A DNA stretch of 64,000 bases from the human T2T-CHM13v2.0 reference genome, Homo sapiens (GCF_009914755.1 NC_060925.1); one strand, 5' to 3'; positions 35,726 to 57,426 are shown, counted from the stretch's first letter. Notes: generated by a model from the letters alone, not told the origin. Numbers and translations are program-made.

Positions 35726-38520
35726 AGGAGACTTTAAGATGCAGTATATGTAACACAGCTGCAGCACTTTACAGTATATCATGGTATGGCTAATTACATT
35801 CAAAATGCCTCCCGACTTTATTTGCCATTTATCAAGCTTAATCTGCCAGGGATAGAGTACACTGGGTATCTGGGGAATGCAAAGATAAATGATCCCTTTC
35901 TGAAAGCAAGATCAAAGTCTTAGCATACTCTCATCTTTTCCCAAGGACAGTCAATTAGATTAAAATGGTAAGCAATATGAAGGCTATCAAAGGAGAAAAA
36001 ACAGGATTGTGATAAAGAGCAACATTCAAGAATAAGTCACTAGGCATCCTAGTTTCCCCAGCAGCTGGGGAGGAGTGGACAGACAGCAGTATCTGTTATT
36101 GCTAACTGAAAGAAAACACCCTAAGAATCCTGGCCCTCACAATGAAAGGAATCTAGGAAAGCTCAAAATGCACAAAGCCCTCCTTGCCAGGGGATGTCTG
36201 CAGGAATTCAAAGCCTAGGGTGACTGTGGCCCTGACTGTCCAGCAACAATGTGGCTCAAAGGCAAGACAACATTTTCCAATCTCACAGAAAACTTCCAAG
36301 GAAAGCTTGTTGTTTTGGTTTTTGAATTGTTCAATATAAATTTAATGTAAGATACAATGATTAGAAAAACTATGTACGGTTTTATAGTAAGAGGAGGAAG
36401 ACAGAAAGCAGAGAACAGGCCTATAATTCTAATCTAATACCATGCTTACTACTAACAGCAAGTTCTCCAGATTTCACTTTAGTGCGCTGTGGGCTCCATG
36501 AAGGAAGAGTGACTATGGTCACAGAAGTCTGTCTTTCTTTCCATTTTCAGTCTCTATCATCATAAAGAGTTGCACTGACTCTGCCAAGAGCTTGCCTGAG
36601 AATACAAGTGGAGCACAAGTCTCATAGTTAAGGCAGATTCTGTTTGTGGCAAAGTTTTTACACTACAGATGTTTCTGCACTAGAAAAAGACTCTAAGTAG
36701 GCCCCTCAAATATATTCCCTAGTATTTGTGATTCAGTAAACTACAAGCATTGCTTTCCAAAGGCCATGGACATAATCAACTCCAAATGAGGGAGAACTCT
36801 CCTATTATCAAGCTGGAGATACCGGACTATATGAAACCTCAGCATTTGATGAGGAAAGCAAAATATTAAAATATTTACCACAGGGAAATATACATTTTGG
36901 TTCAAAGTTCTTTAAAAAGAAAAAAAAAAACCTGGATTTTGAACATGACACATTTTCTTTGGAAAGTTATAAAGTCTAGAACAATCACAGCATCAAAAAC
37001 ATCTGAAACACTTTACCTAGAGATAATTTAAGTATATTTCAATGGAAATAAAAAGGGCCAAAAGCACGTTCCTACTGAGGCTTAGATTTTAGGGTAAGTG
37101 ATCTTTGTTTTTTTAAATATGTTCACACACAAAAATAAGATTTAGAAAATGCATAACAAAAGACTTCTCTTGCCAGCACAAAACCATGCTCATTAACTTT
37201 GAGATTCTACATAATTTTACAGCGTGGACTGTCTACAATATAAGTTTACTGCAAATGGAAAAGAATTATATAGCTCATAATTGGTAAAAGTATAAATAAC
37301 ACAGAGAAATACTCTAAGAACATAAGCATATTCTAAGAACATAAGGTTCCTATATGCTGAATGAAAACAGCCAAAGGAAGCACAGTGCTAACTTGACACA
37401 TAACATCTTTGAACTCTATAGTTCTAAAGAGTGGTTCAAATGAGTATTTCACTTTAGACCCAGTTAAGTCCCTTTCTCTTGCCCAGTGGACACAGGAAAC
37501 CGTGAATAAAGTTTGGAAAATAGATTTCTAGGTCCCAACACCTTTGAACAAAGACCTATAAATTTAGAGATCTGAATCATGGGTTCATTTCCAAATCATT
37601 TCCAGTTACATTAAGGTCAGTTTAATTATTTAGGGTAATCCCAACCCTTGGACAGAGTTAAAGTAACAGATTACAAAGAAGGGTCAGAATTGAATTAAAA
37701 TTTAGTTAAAATATATTCTTATAGACTTGGCAATTTTTGTTTACATTTTGCTTAAAGTTATACTAGTAATGGAAAATTAAGATATTAAAAAGACAAACCA
37801 CAAGTACAATTATGCTTAAGTATTTATTTTCTAAAGTAAGGACTAAATTGTCTCTCTTCCTTAAGTAGGAATTAGGCTTGGGGAATTCATGTCTTTAAAA
37901 TGACAAAGATAACTTAATACAAATGGCACATCAGCCTTTAAAAAGGCTTAATTTGGTTTCATTTTGAGACATCAGGTAAACCTGAATAAACATATACAGA
38001 AAAGGGATAAGCTGGATTATGTGGGATATTTCTAAGAAATCAGGGGTCAGCAGAAAGCTTTTCTACTCTTAGCATAATATTTGGTATTAAACTTCAAGTT
38101 AATCTAATAGTATCAAAAAAACTGTATTCATATAATAGAATGTCTGTTAAAACTGTTAGGTCACAAAGTATGCAAAGAAACAGAACAGGCAAGTTGCTTT
38201 TTCCATAGTAATCCAATCGGATTTTTCTTAAACAAGTTAATATCTCACAAAATATAAATATCTACAATACTCATGGATGCAGAGTGCTGACCTAAATGTT
38301 ATAATTTATTAACAGCTTCCCATTTTTAGGAGTACAACGTAATGAAATAATATGGAATGCTACACATCAAGTTATTGTTGGTTTACAAAGTACTTTTAGA
38401 GTGTTTAAGCTGGCTTTAGTGGGTTATTAGAAAGAGTAAGTTTGAGAAAGTTTCTTCATATACATTTGTGAACATAAAAAAACAAGGCACTTAATGGCAA
38501 CAGTGCTGTCCCAGAATATC

Positions 38521-38528
38521 TTACAGAC
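38521..38528 (-). CDS. USP48: Alternative C-terminus of a short USP48 isoform (...PAGA-G-L-stop, 485 aa) by read-through of the exon 11 donor
   Basis: G|GT CTG TAA in frame, with AATAAA on the minus strand at 38305-38310. The length agrees with a 485-aa isoform I recall. Confidence 0.75.
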
Positions 38529-38678
38529 CAGCTCCAGCAGGTAACCTTTGGTACAGCTCCTTAACCTCTTCGTGTTTTGCTTTTCCTTTATCCACACTTT
38601 GCTTACGCATCTCAGCCATTTCAATACACCACTCCTCAAATTTGGAATTATCCCGATCTACCAGCTCTTGAAGAAAGG
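38529..38678 (-). CDS. USP48: USP48 exon 11 (150 nt): [50 protein letters not shown]
   Basis: TAG acceptor; weak CTG|GTCTGT donor; frame continuity to exon 12. Confidence 0.95.
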
Positions 38679-38958
38679 CTATTCAAAACAGAAAGACAAA
38701 AAACAACTTTATTCTTGTTTTCACATATAGTGAACCATGCTAATCTCTAAATCATATCAAATACTGATTAAAACATTGGCAGAAATTCCAACTATGGTCT
38801 CCCTGTCTGCTAGAAACCTCCAAACTGAAGGCAGAAGTAAAAGTGAAGACAGCCACTGGAATAATCCTAAATTGATTCCCCCCACCTAGCTCTCCATGAC
38901 ATCATCAGCCTCCCAGAACAATCGAATGGCTCAAAATCACCACTTTAGAATAGATGAC

Positions 38959-39260
38959 GCCAGGCGGGCGCAGTGGCTCATACCTGTAATCCCAGCACTT
39001 TGGAAGGCTGAGGCGGGTGGATCGTGAGGTCAAGAATTCAAGACCAGCCTGGCCAAGATGGTGAAACCCCATCTCTACTAAAAATACAAAAATTAGCTGG
39101 GCGTGGTGGCACGCACCTGTAATCCCAGCTACTCGGGAGGCTGAGGCACAGAACTGCTTAAACCCAGGAGGCAGAGGTTGCAGTGAGCTGAGACTGCACC
39201 ACTGCACTCCAGCCTGGGCGAAAGAATGAGACTCCGCCTCAAAAAAAAAAAAAAAAAGAA
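38959..39260 (+). mobile_element. AluS in intron 10
   Basis: Alu consensus flanked by agaatagatga. Confidence 0.9.
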
Positions 39261-39663
39261 AGAATAGATGATGCCACCAAGCTTAGAAAAGTGCTGAGTA
39301 AAATGATTCAGACTCAGACTGTCTTCAGGGCAGCAACAACTCTACCTTTTATATTATGAAGTCTAGAATATCTATAGATAATTAAATAAAATTCACAAAT
39401 ACTCTATAAACCGAACAAAATAAAACCAAATTATACTTTAAATACATGTTTTGATTACTTTCTGATTTTTTAATAATTGCATTGCTTTATTTCAGAAGCT
39501 CCTTTCTTAAAAGTAAATTTGCAATTAATATTTACTTTCACCAACATTCACCTTATGGAATCAATTTATCATAGTAACTAAAAGCAATCCATTACTTATC
39601 ATTAATCTTTGAGTATGGCATTCTAAAACATTTGCCTGCTATAATCCTGGAAAACTGCTTTAC

Positions 39664-39792
39664 CTGGAACTTGAACAGTAGTGTTGGGCTTTTCTTGAGT
39701 TTGCAGTCTATAAACCAACATATATGCATTTCGAGAGCAATGAGTTCCTTTGCCACACTTGGGTTTACGTGTCTGAGACTTAGAAGGTTCTG
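39664..39792 (-). CDS. USP48: USP48 exon 10 (129 nt): [43 protein letters not shown] (contains Met415, codon 39719-39721, reference ATG)
   Basis: CAGCAG acceptor; CAG|GTAAAG donor; AYMLVYR motif closing the USP domain. Confidence 0.96.
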
Positions 39793-40119
39793 CTGAGATA
39801 GAGAAATCAAAAGGTACCTTAACTTAAGTGCCTAGAGTTTGTTTATTCTTTAGCGGGGCTATAGAAAACAATTTCCAAAATATACACCCAAGACACATTA
39901 ACACCAATCTAAAACATTCAAAGGCCATAGAAATTTGGCAGGCTCTTTAGCTTTAATATTTAAAAAAGTTTACTACCACTATTGCCTGCCACATTCTATT
40001 TTTTAAAGGTAAAAAGAAAATACATTTTTCTGGGGAACAAACCTAGAACAACAACAAAAAAATCACTATTGCCATAAGCTGATTTTTATGTTAGTCTTAA
40101 ATTACAAAAATTAACTGAA

Positions 40120-46235
<6,116 letters not shown>

Positions 46236-46405
46236 AACAAGCATTGCTAATACAAGATGTTCAGTGATTTTACATGTGTTTAAGAAATGCAAATATCCTT
46301 GATAGTCTGTAACATAACAATCTTGAGCCATAATAATTTATCACAAATATTTCTAGTAAAATAAATTTATATTTTAAAAGGGCACTCACAACTTAAAGGT
46401 TTTAC

Positions 46406-46585
46406 CTAGATCTTCCTCAATCCCTAGTTGTAATTTCTTCCCCTCCATCTTTTCTATGTCTTCATCATTAAACTTATACCATTCACCAGACTGTGGATCT
46501 TTCACGTGGGCGATGTAGTGGCCAGAATAAGCACTCACTCCTCTGTGTATGAGGACTGCGCTGAGTTCATACACGTAGGACCCAC
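46406..46585 (-). CDS. USP48: USP48 exon 9 (180 nt), catalytic His box: [60 protein letters not shown]
   Basis: ORF 46386..46574; CAG acceptor; TAG|GTAAAA donor; GHY histidine codon at 46518-46520, FND asparagine codon at 46467-46469. Confidence 0.98.
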
Positions 46586-47072
46586 CTGGAGAGAAAGGGA
46601 GAAAGTAAAAGAAACGTTGGATAACAGTTATTTCTTATATCCTGAGCCTGAATTGTAATGATTACGAATCTTTACACATGTGGTATAACTAAAAACATGT
46701 CACCTAAAATTTTTACAAATTAGTTTTACAAAATAATGTATAATTACACTCCCTTAACACTCTCTTAGACACACTCTGAACAGCACACTGTATTAATTCT
46801 CCAAGCCTCTGCAAAATACACGGATGAAAAACTACGGCCTCCTGGGCACTCAGGGAATATAAGCTACTCTACTACACACCGTGCTCTTCAGCACACACTA
46901 GCGAGGCCACACGCTTCCCAAGAATCGGCTGTTCATACTCTCTGTGTGTTACGAAACTTAAAACTTATACAAACCAGGGAGACACGAATGTCAAATGAAA
47001 AGGCTATTGTTTATAGAAGAGAAGATAAATGCTTTGGCAAAAACTGACGGCAAGTCATGAAAATTTGCTCTC

Positions 47073-47282
47073 AAAACAGGTGTAGGCATTTGTCCAAGGG
47101 CACAAACTTTGATCTGGAGATCTAACACCCAGCGCGTTGAGATGACACATGCAGACTCACAATTGTGGTCACCATTTCACAGACACATGTATCATCACAT
47201 TAGCACCTTCAGATCAAAGTTTCATTTGCCAAGTCTACCTCATTAAAGCTGGAAAAAAATAAAAATAAAAACAGGTGTAGGC
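47073..47282 (+). mobile_element. Short retroposed insert resembling an L1M 3' end, with A-rich tail and perfect 15-bp target-site duplication; contains arm B of the inverted repeat
   Basis: aaaacaggtgtaggc at 47073-47087 and 47268-47282; ends ...ctacctcattaaagctggaaaaaaataaaaata, like L1MA/L1MB 3' termini. Confidence 0.75.
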
Positions 47283-47859
47283 CAAACAGTTGGAAAATAT
47301 AGGGATGAAAACTTAAAAAATCTAGAATGATACTGCACTCAGATTTCTTCGTATTTTAAGTTCCTATGCTATTTTAATTAAATAAAATCTACAAATCATA
47401 GCCTATATTTTACACGGTATTCAAAAAGAAAAGGCTTTATACATACATCAAAATATTGACAATAAATGAACATTTACATTTCAAAGTGAACTAAAATGTC
47501 TTAAAATTTGAGAAACATCTTGTAAAGATCCTCAACTTAAAGCAATTATGGGGAAAATGTGTTAGAAAAGATCACTTCCACTATACATGTTCTGTTATTT
47601 ACTGGAAAACAAAACAATTCATTAATAAACCCACATAACCACAATTAATACTGAAACCTACAGTTTTTTTCCAACAAATAATATCTTTTCACATCATTAT
47701 TCTTCTAAAAATTACTTATAATGACTATATATAATTACCATAATATGCCTAACCACATCCACATTAATGAACACTTATTTAAACTGGTAATGTTTGAGGG
47801 CCTTTATAAGCAATAATAATTATCTTTACAGTACAAATCTTTGCACAGATCTTTGACAA

Positions 47860-48660
<801 letters not shown>

Positions 48661-49179
48661 CTAGAATTTGACTATTTCATTGCTATAATTTCCTTAAAAA
48701 TGCAAAAGAGTACATCACAGCAGAGTATAGCCAATCACTCATTAGACAAACAGTAAACATACTGGACACGGTTTCAGGCATGAAGGATACAGCAGTTAAT
48801 TAACTAAAGGAACAGAGTCCCTGCATTCTTGAAGCATAGATGGGGAAACAGTAATGCAGATTAATACCTGGGCCAAAACCCACTGAACTCACCCCAGCTG
48901 AAAACACTGAAGATACTGGGTAAGATAAAAATATTTTTAAATCTTTCTAAATGCATTGTCAAGAAAATAAGAATTATCAGAAGCCCAATACCATGTGAAG
49001 GCAATAAGCCATGTAGTAAGGACAACAGAGTTTCCCTCTGCGAGTGTTAGGGGAACACTATGATCGACTTGAACTCTGTTTTTCCGTATCTCAAAGGGCT
49101 TACGGGATCAGAGACAACAGCTAAGGTTCATAAAAGGTGAGGAGTCTAACAGGGGACTCCCACCAGGAAACTAAGGTTT

Positions 49180-50310
<1,131 letters not shown>

Positions 50311-50559
50311 AAACTAGAATTCTTTGGTTTAGAAGATTATCAAAATGAATCTGCTCTCCACAGGAAATGGTAAGAGAAAATTATCTGCCTTATACTTATA
50401 TTTTGGGACCTAGGGGTAAAAATCAAAAACCAAAAGGAAATCTCCATTACAACTTCATAAGAAGCTAGCCCTCAAAAAGATTTCTTTACTATGATTTCAC
50501 ACTACCTATGAAGTCAGAAAAACCCCAAGCCAAGAGTTTTGTTTGATGTGGTCCTGGGA

Positions 50560-51640
50560 CGAGTGACAATCCTAAGGAATGAGTACCATCAAAACACACA
50601 CATGTCACATCACAAGTCACTCTAACTGCAAGGCAGCAAACAGCAACAAAATCAAACTGGTGAAGATTTTCACCTCAGTCAGTGGAAATAGCAAATACAT
50701 AAATAAAATTTTAAGTATGTTTAAAGAAATAAATGATGAAATTAAGAGGAATAGAGATTACAGAAAATGAAAATCAAATGACGAAGAACCAAATCAAACT
50801 CCGAGAAATGGAAATCACAGTCACCGACAGTCAAAACTCTATAAATGGTTTAACCTCAGATCAGGTTGACCTGAACAGAGAACGAATAAAGTACAAGGTA
50901 GAGCTGAAGAAATTATGCAGAATGCAGGACAAATGAATGAAGAGTTGGGCGACATGCAACATAGAGTAAGAAAATCTAACACATATCTAACTGGCATTCC
51001 AGAAGGAAAGGGAGAAGAGAAAAAGCATTCAGAGGTAATAGTTGGAAAATTTTCAGATGCCCTAGGTGAGAATAATAAATCAATTAAAAATCAAACCAAG
51101 TGTTACAGCTCTTTTAGAATTTGTCTAGCAGGTTTTCCTACTAGAAAACCAGAAAAGATTTTTAAAGAATCAAAATTAAAAAAGAAACCAAACCAAAATT
51201 GGTCACAGTGACACTGCAAGATACCAAAACCAAAGAAGAGGTCTTAAAATTAGACAAAACAAAACAGGCCTCTTGTAGAGACAAGAATTAGACTGCAACC
51301 AACTTTTCAACAGCAACAACGGATGCCCCAAGGCAACAGAATGCTATCTTCTTCAATGATATCTTCAATGAGTGAAAGTAACCACCCATGCTTAGAGAAA
51401 ATGAATTTCGCAAGGACAAAATAGACACTTTCAGACAATAATATGTGAAAAGAATCTTTCACCCACAGACCCTTACTAAAAGAATTTTGTAAGCTCTAAT
51501 TCAATAGTTTAAAACTCTTCCAGATGGAAGGTCTAGAATGCAAAGAATGATAAACAAAGGAGGTGGGTAAACTAAACACCAAGATTCCTATATAAGATAG
51601 TCTGTAAGTTTCTTTTTTAAAAAAGGTAGAACTAAAATAC
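50560..51640 (+). mobile_element. Ancient L1 ORF1 remnant
   Basis: Broken frames with an L1 ORF1p-like segment RVRKSNTYLTGIPEGKGEEK (compare RRxNxRIxGIPE); A-rich. Confidence 0.7.
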
Positions 51641-52179
51641 ATATGAAAAATAGGCCAGGTGTGGTGGTTCACGCCTGTAATCCCAGGACTTTGTGAGCCG
51701 AGGCAAGAGGACTGCTTAAGGCCGTAAGTCCGAAACCAGCCTGGGCAACACAGAGAGACCCAGTCTATAAAAACTTAAAAAATTAACCAGACATGGTACT
51801 ATACACCTGTGGTCCCAGCTACTCAGGAGGCTGAGGTGGGAGGATTGCTTGAGTCTGGGAGGTCAAGGCTGCAGTGAGCCATGATCGTGCTACACTGCAC
51901 TCCAGCCTCGGTGACAGAGCAAGACCATCTTAAAATAATTTAGGAGAGTGTCGATTGCTTAATGTTTTGAGATCATTGAGGGTAAAGATGTTATCTAGAG
52001 AGTTAAGAATACATGTTATAATTTCTAGTTAATTATTAGTATTAGCTGGCCCAGGCTACCCTAGGGGGCATTTTCATACTCCAATTTTAGGGTTTACTTG
52101 GAATCACCCTCCACTGTTCTTTCTACTGCACTGCACTCTCCCCGTTACTTCATGTTAAAGGTGAGCCAGAAAAAGCCTA

Positions 52180-52494
<315 letters not shown>

Positions 52495-54547
52495 CTATCT
52501 CAAAAAAAAAAAGAAAAGAAAAGAAAAAGAAAAAGAAAAAGAAAAGAAAAGAAAAGAAAAAAAGAAAAAGAAAACTCCTGAGTCCTGAACAGAGCGGTAG
52601 AAATAAAAAGGAGGGAGATGTGATGGTCTTAGATTGCCCATACCAGGTTCTTCCAGTCTGTGTAAGCCAGGGAACCTCAAGCCTTGAACTCTGTAATCAT
52701 ACCTAACCAGCAGAGGCCCCAAATGCCTGACAGAAATAAACCTAAAGGGCTTTGTGGAGGAGATGGCATGTATCCTAGCCCTAGGGGAATCCCCATAAAT
52801 AATTCTCTATGTGCAATAACCAGCATGCAGTCAAAGACAACCATGAACAGAAGCAACAAAACAACACTGCTATAACCAGCTCGGGTAGAGAGATCAGCCT
52901 GAACAATATTCCAACATGGTCAGTAATGGATTATAAAAACTGGGTGTTTTTAACGTTTAAAGTGGTTTAAAAATTTTTTTTTAATATTCTGGATACCTTT
53001 AATACATTTATGAACAAATACTGATGACAACTCATTTTAAATATATCAATAACTGAGAAAGGTGATATATTTCTTTTTGTGGCTCTATTGACCCTAATTG
53101 GTCAAAAGCACCTCATTTTGCAGGCTGTGGGTAAGGAAGAGGGGAAGAGAAAAGGAAAGGAGGCTGAAGAGGAACCAAAGCCCAGGATTCTCTAGAAATG
53201 CGTCATCCTCCAGAGTATGGGAGCACATTGGGTCCCAGCAACCTCAGCGGGACCTACTTCTCAGAAACACAAGAGTGTCCAATGGATGAAACCTCAGCTG
53301 AAAACATATAAATGTCCAAAGACATTGCAGGGTCTGGGAGGAACAAAGTATGATAAGGTTGTTAACTATCACGGACTCAGCAGGATCTGGGGGCATCACC
53401 AGTGGGGTTCCTCTCCCACTACCTTCAATAACCCAGGTGAAGAAGCAGGGGCAGCAGAGTAAGATTTAATTATGGGTTACGCTGTGGCTGGCAATATCCC
53501 AGGAGAAAAAAGAGTAAACTAAGCTATGTTTAGGGATGCATGCTTATATAGTAAAATGCTAAAGAAGAAAAAAAATAAAAGAAGCATTCCACATGAAAGT
53601 CAGATAAGTGGTTACACTTAAGGGGAGGAAGGTGGTTTTAACTGTGCAACTGGGAGGGGCACAAAAGGAGGCTTCCGGGGTACCAGAAATATTTTTCTTT
53701 CTTGATCTGGGGAGTACACATAATTCATAATTCACTAAGCCATGCATTTTTGTGTTTTGAACTTTTAGGAATATGATATATTTCAAAATTTAAAAAGAAA
53801 AAACTAAAATATGCTGAGATACATGAAACTTCAACTATAGAAGGACAAGGCAAGGTAAGGCACTGAGTAAGGGCTGAGCGAGGGTGGAAGGCAAGATCAC
53901 TAAAAAAAAGAAGTTGCTACTGGGTCAGCTGGAAGGAGCGTCTACAAAAGAATCTTAATAGTATTCCCTATATCATTAATGAAGACAATAATCCACAGGT
54001 ATCAGCAGTAGCTGTCTTTATTACCAATAGACAGCATTAAAAATGTTGACATTACCATTCTTGCAGATAACCTGGATTTATATTCATCAATTCATTGAAC
54101 TAATCAATTTTAAAATTAAGGCCAGGCGTGGTGGCTCACACCTGTAATCCCACCACTTTGGGAGGCCGAGGTGGGCAGATCACCTGAGGTTGGGAGTTCT
54201 CGAGACCAGCCTGGCCAATATGGCGAAATCCCATCTCTACTAAAGATACAAAAATTAGCCAGGTACGATGGCATGCGTCTGTAGTCCCAGCTACTCGAGA
54301 GACTGAGGCAGAGAGAATTGCTTGAACCCAGGAGGTGGAGGCTGCAGTGAGTCGAAATTGCACCACTGCACTCCAGCCTGGGCGACGCAAAATTCTGTCT
54401 CAAAAAAAAAAACAGAAAAAGAAAAAAACTTCAGAATTAACATAGTTTTTAGGCCAGGTGCGGTGGGTCACGCCTGTAATTCCAGCACTTTGGGAGGACA
54501 AGGCGGGCAGATCACTTGAGGTCAGGAGTTCAAGACCAGCCTGGTCA

Positions 54548-54770
<223 letters not shown>

Positions 54771-56010
54771 TTAAGTCCCCAAGGAATATGGCAAGACTTG
54801 AGTTTGAGAGTCAGGGGCTAATGTTCAAAAATGAGGATCCCTCATTCTAAAGATGTCTGCATATCTGCAGTCTCACCATTTAAAGAAACAGGTGGATTCT
54901 CCTTTTAACAACAGATCTTCTTTTGGATCCATCTTTTGAGCTTTGCATGGATATGTGTGTACAGATTTGTGTGGTTATGTGTGGGTACGGGAAAATATAA
55001 ATACTAATTATCTGGATGACAAAATTACATATGGTTTGTATTTCTTTTCTTTATGCTTTCTGAATTTCCCAAATTATCTAGAACAAATCCTATGCAATTA
55101 ACAAAAGTTAATTGTTTTTAGTCTTCTACCTATATAAGGTACAGCAAGCATTACGACAGCGTGTAAAAGACAAGCCTATAACTATAAACCACTAGATTGC
55201 TTTTACCAGTCCTAACAATTCTAAAATGAGTAGATAATATTTATTTATTTATTTATTCATTCATTTATTTAAAAATTAAGGAGACAAACATGGTGGCTCA
55301 TGCCTGTAATCCCAGCACTTTCGGGAGGCTGAAGTAGGAGGATCACTAGAGCCCAGGAGTTCAAGACCCCGTCTCTAAAAAAAAATAACTAAAAATTAGC
55401 TGGGCCTGGTGGAATATGCCTGTAGTTCCAGCTTGAGCCCAGGAGGCTGAGTCCGTGATGAGCCGTGATCACATCAATGCAATTTATAGCCTGGGCGACA
55501 GAGCCAGACCCTGTCTCAAAAACAAATTAATAAAAAATAAAAAATACTATATTTAGTAAACCAACATACCAAAATTAAGTATTTCTACAGGTTTTGATCT
55601 AACACGTCCTTTTGATAAATATTTTCTTTATAGCATAAACTGGGCAAATATATAATAAACTTAGTAAGTAGTAATAGTAACAATTCAAACTCATCCAGTC
55701 AAGTCAAGCAAAGTGCTCATTTCACATCTCCTAAGTTTCTGGACTGGGAAGCCACTAACCCATTAGATTTTCCTCAATTTCAATTGCCTGAACAAAGGAG
55801 GCAGGAAGCAAACTACTACATAAAGTGAACTATAGCTAAGTTTATTTATTCAACAAAATTTAACAATCTAACATTGAAGTCCAAAACTGAAGTTGAAAAC
55901 AGTTTCCTTGTTCCACAGAGGTACAAATTTTAAAGTACAGTACTGAAGAGTATCATACATTTGAAAGCTTACATATTTATTTAGCACATTCCTCCCCAAC
56001 TTTCCCAATC

Positions 56011-56114
56011 ATGTCTCTTAAAGGTTTTTACAGCTTGCTTCCATTGTAAGCTGCCTCCAGAAATGTCTCTTAAAGGTTTTTACAGCTTGCTTCCATTGTA
56101 AGCTGCCTCTAGAA
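56011..56114. repeat. 52-bp tandem duplication (2 copies, 51/52 identical)
   Basis: atgtctcttaaaggtttttacagcttgcttccattgtaagctgcctc(c/t)agaa at 56011 and 56063. Confidence 0.97.
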
Positions 56115-57024
56115 ATTTTTTATTTTTTTGGAAAGAGATAGAGTTTATAAAATAATTTCTACATTAAAAATTTCAGGTTGGGGGCAGTGGCTCACGCCTG
56201 TAATCCCAGCACTTAGGGAGGTCAAGGCAGGTGTCCCACTTGAGGCCAGGAGTTTGAGACCAGCTTGGCCAACACGGCAAAACCCTAAAGTGCAAAAATT
56301 AGCTGGGCTCCCTTGTAGCCTCCCAGCTACAAGGGAGGCTGAGGTTGCAGTGAGCTGAGATCGTGTCACTGCACTCCAGCCTAGGCAACAGAGCAAGACT
56401 CCGTCTCAAAAATACATACATACATACATAATATTTTATAAGTACTACAATCAACCTTAAAGGGAAGTAAAACAGTCCTTTCTCTAGTAAGACTCAACCT
56501 GTTTGGTAGGATGAAGACTACCAAAAGAAAAAAGCAGTACTTATTTCTTGTTAAAACAATGATAGCATCCTAGGGCGTATCAGTAGTTGCAGATATGAAA
56601 AATGAAAGCATAAATACTGGAATTATGCCACCTAATGTTTCTGGGACAACGTTTTTAAAAAAGTGAATAGAGGCGCTTGGAGACTGTTAGTTTTGAGAAA
56701 TGATAAATAATAGTATTGAAACTAAGGTGGCAAGTGCGGGTTCAGAAACAGTAAAATACCTTTTTCATTTTTTACAAATTATTTTTATACCCTTAATTCT
56801 GTACATATCGATGAACCACCTCATCTTTGCTATATGCTTACTCACACAAAATGGAATTAACATCTTGGCTCTCCTAAAAAAGTCTTTGTTCCCAGACAGA
56901 GGTTCCCAGAGAGAGATTAGCAAACAAAAATTGGCAATTGACTGCTATTCTATATTAATCACAAGCCGATCACAAGTTAGAGTCTCTGAGCATTATAATG
57001 TTTACTCCTCAGTAAAAATATTAC

Positions 57025-57107
57025 CTTTATGTTCCACATAAGGCTCCATATCCAAAATTTCTGAGAAGCCAATGTAGGTATTCAGCTTTTTCTTATGTCC
57101 AGTTTGC
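57025..57107 (-). CDS. USP48: USP48 exon 8 (83 nt): [27 protein letters not shown]
   Basis: TAG acceptor; AAG|GTAATA donor; frame continuity. Confidence 0.95.
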
Positions 57108-57426
57108 CTAACCAAGAGGAAAGCTGATTATATTTACATTTAAAACAATCATAATACAATATATAAGCTCTATTAGCTATTTTAATAAACTCAACAGTAG
57201 CTAGCTTTCACTTCACAATCTTCCTCCAAAACATGTACAATTAGAAGTAAACAGAATATTGTTTTATAGCTGGACAAATATGAGGTTAAAAAATGTGAAT
57301 GCGAAGTGCTGATTCCAAACACAGCTTATTTTCCAGAAGTTTCAACTTAATCACAAAACAGATTATCCTGCTTTACAGAAGACATGCACATGTGCAAACA
57401 TTGCCTTGATTTTAATTATAAAATGA

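Noticed and set aside
50579-51211. Cluster of plus-strand ORFs suggesting an antisense gene
   Set aside because: Frameshifted remnants of ancient L1 ORF1
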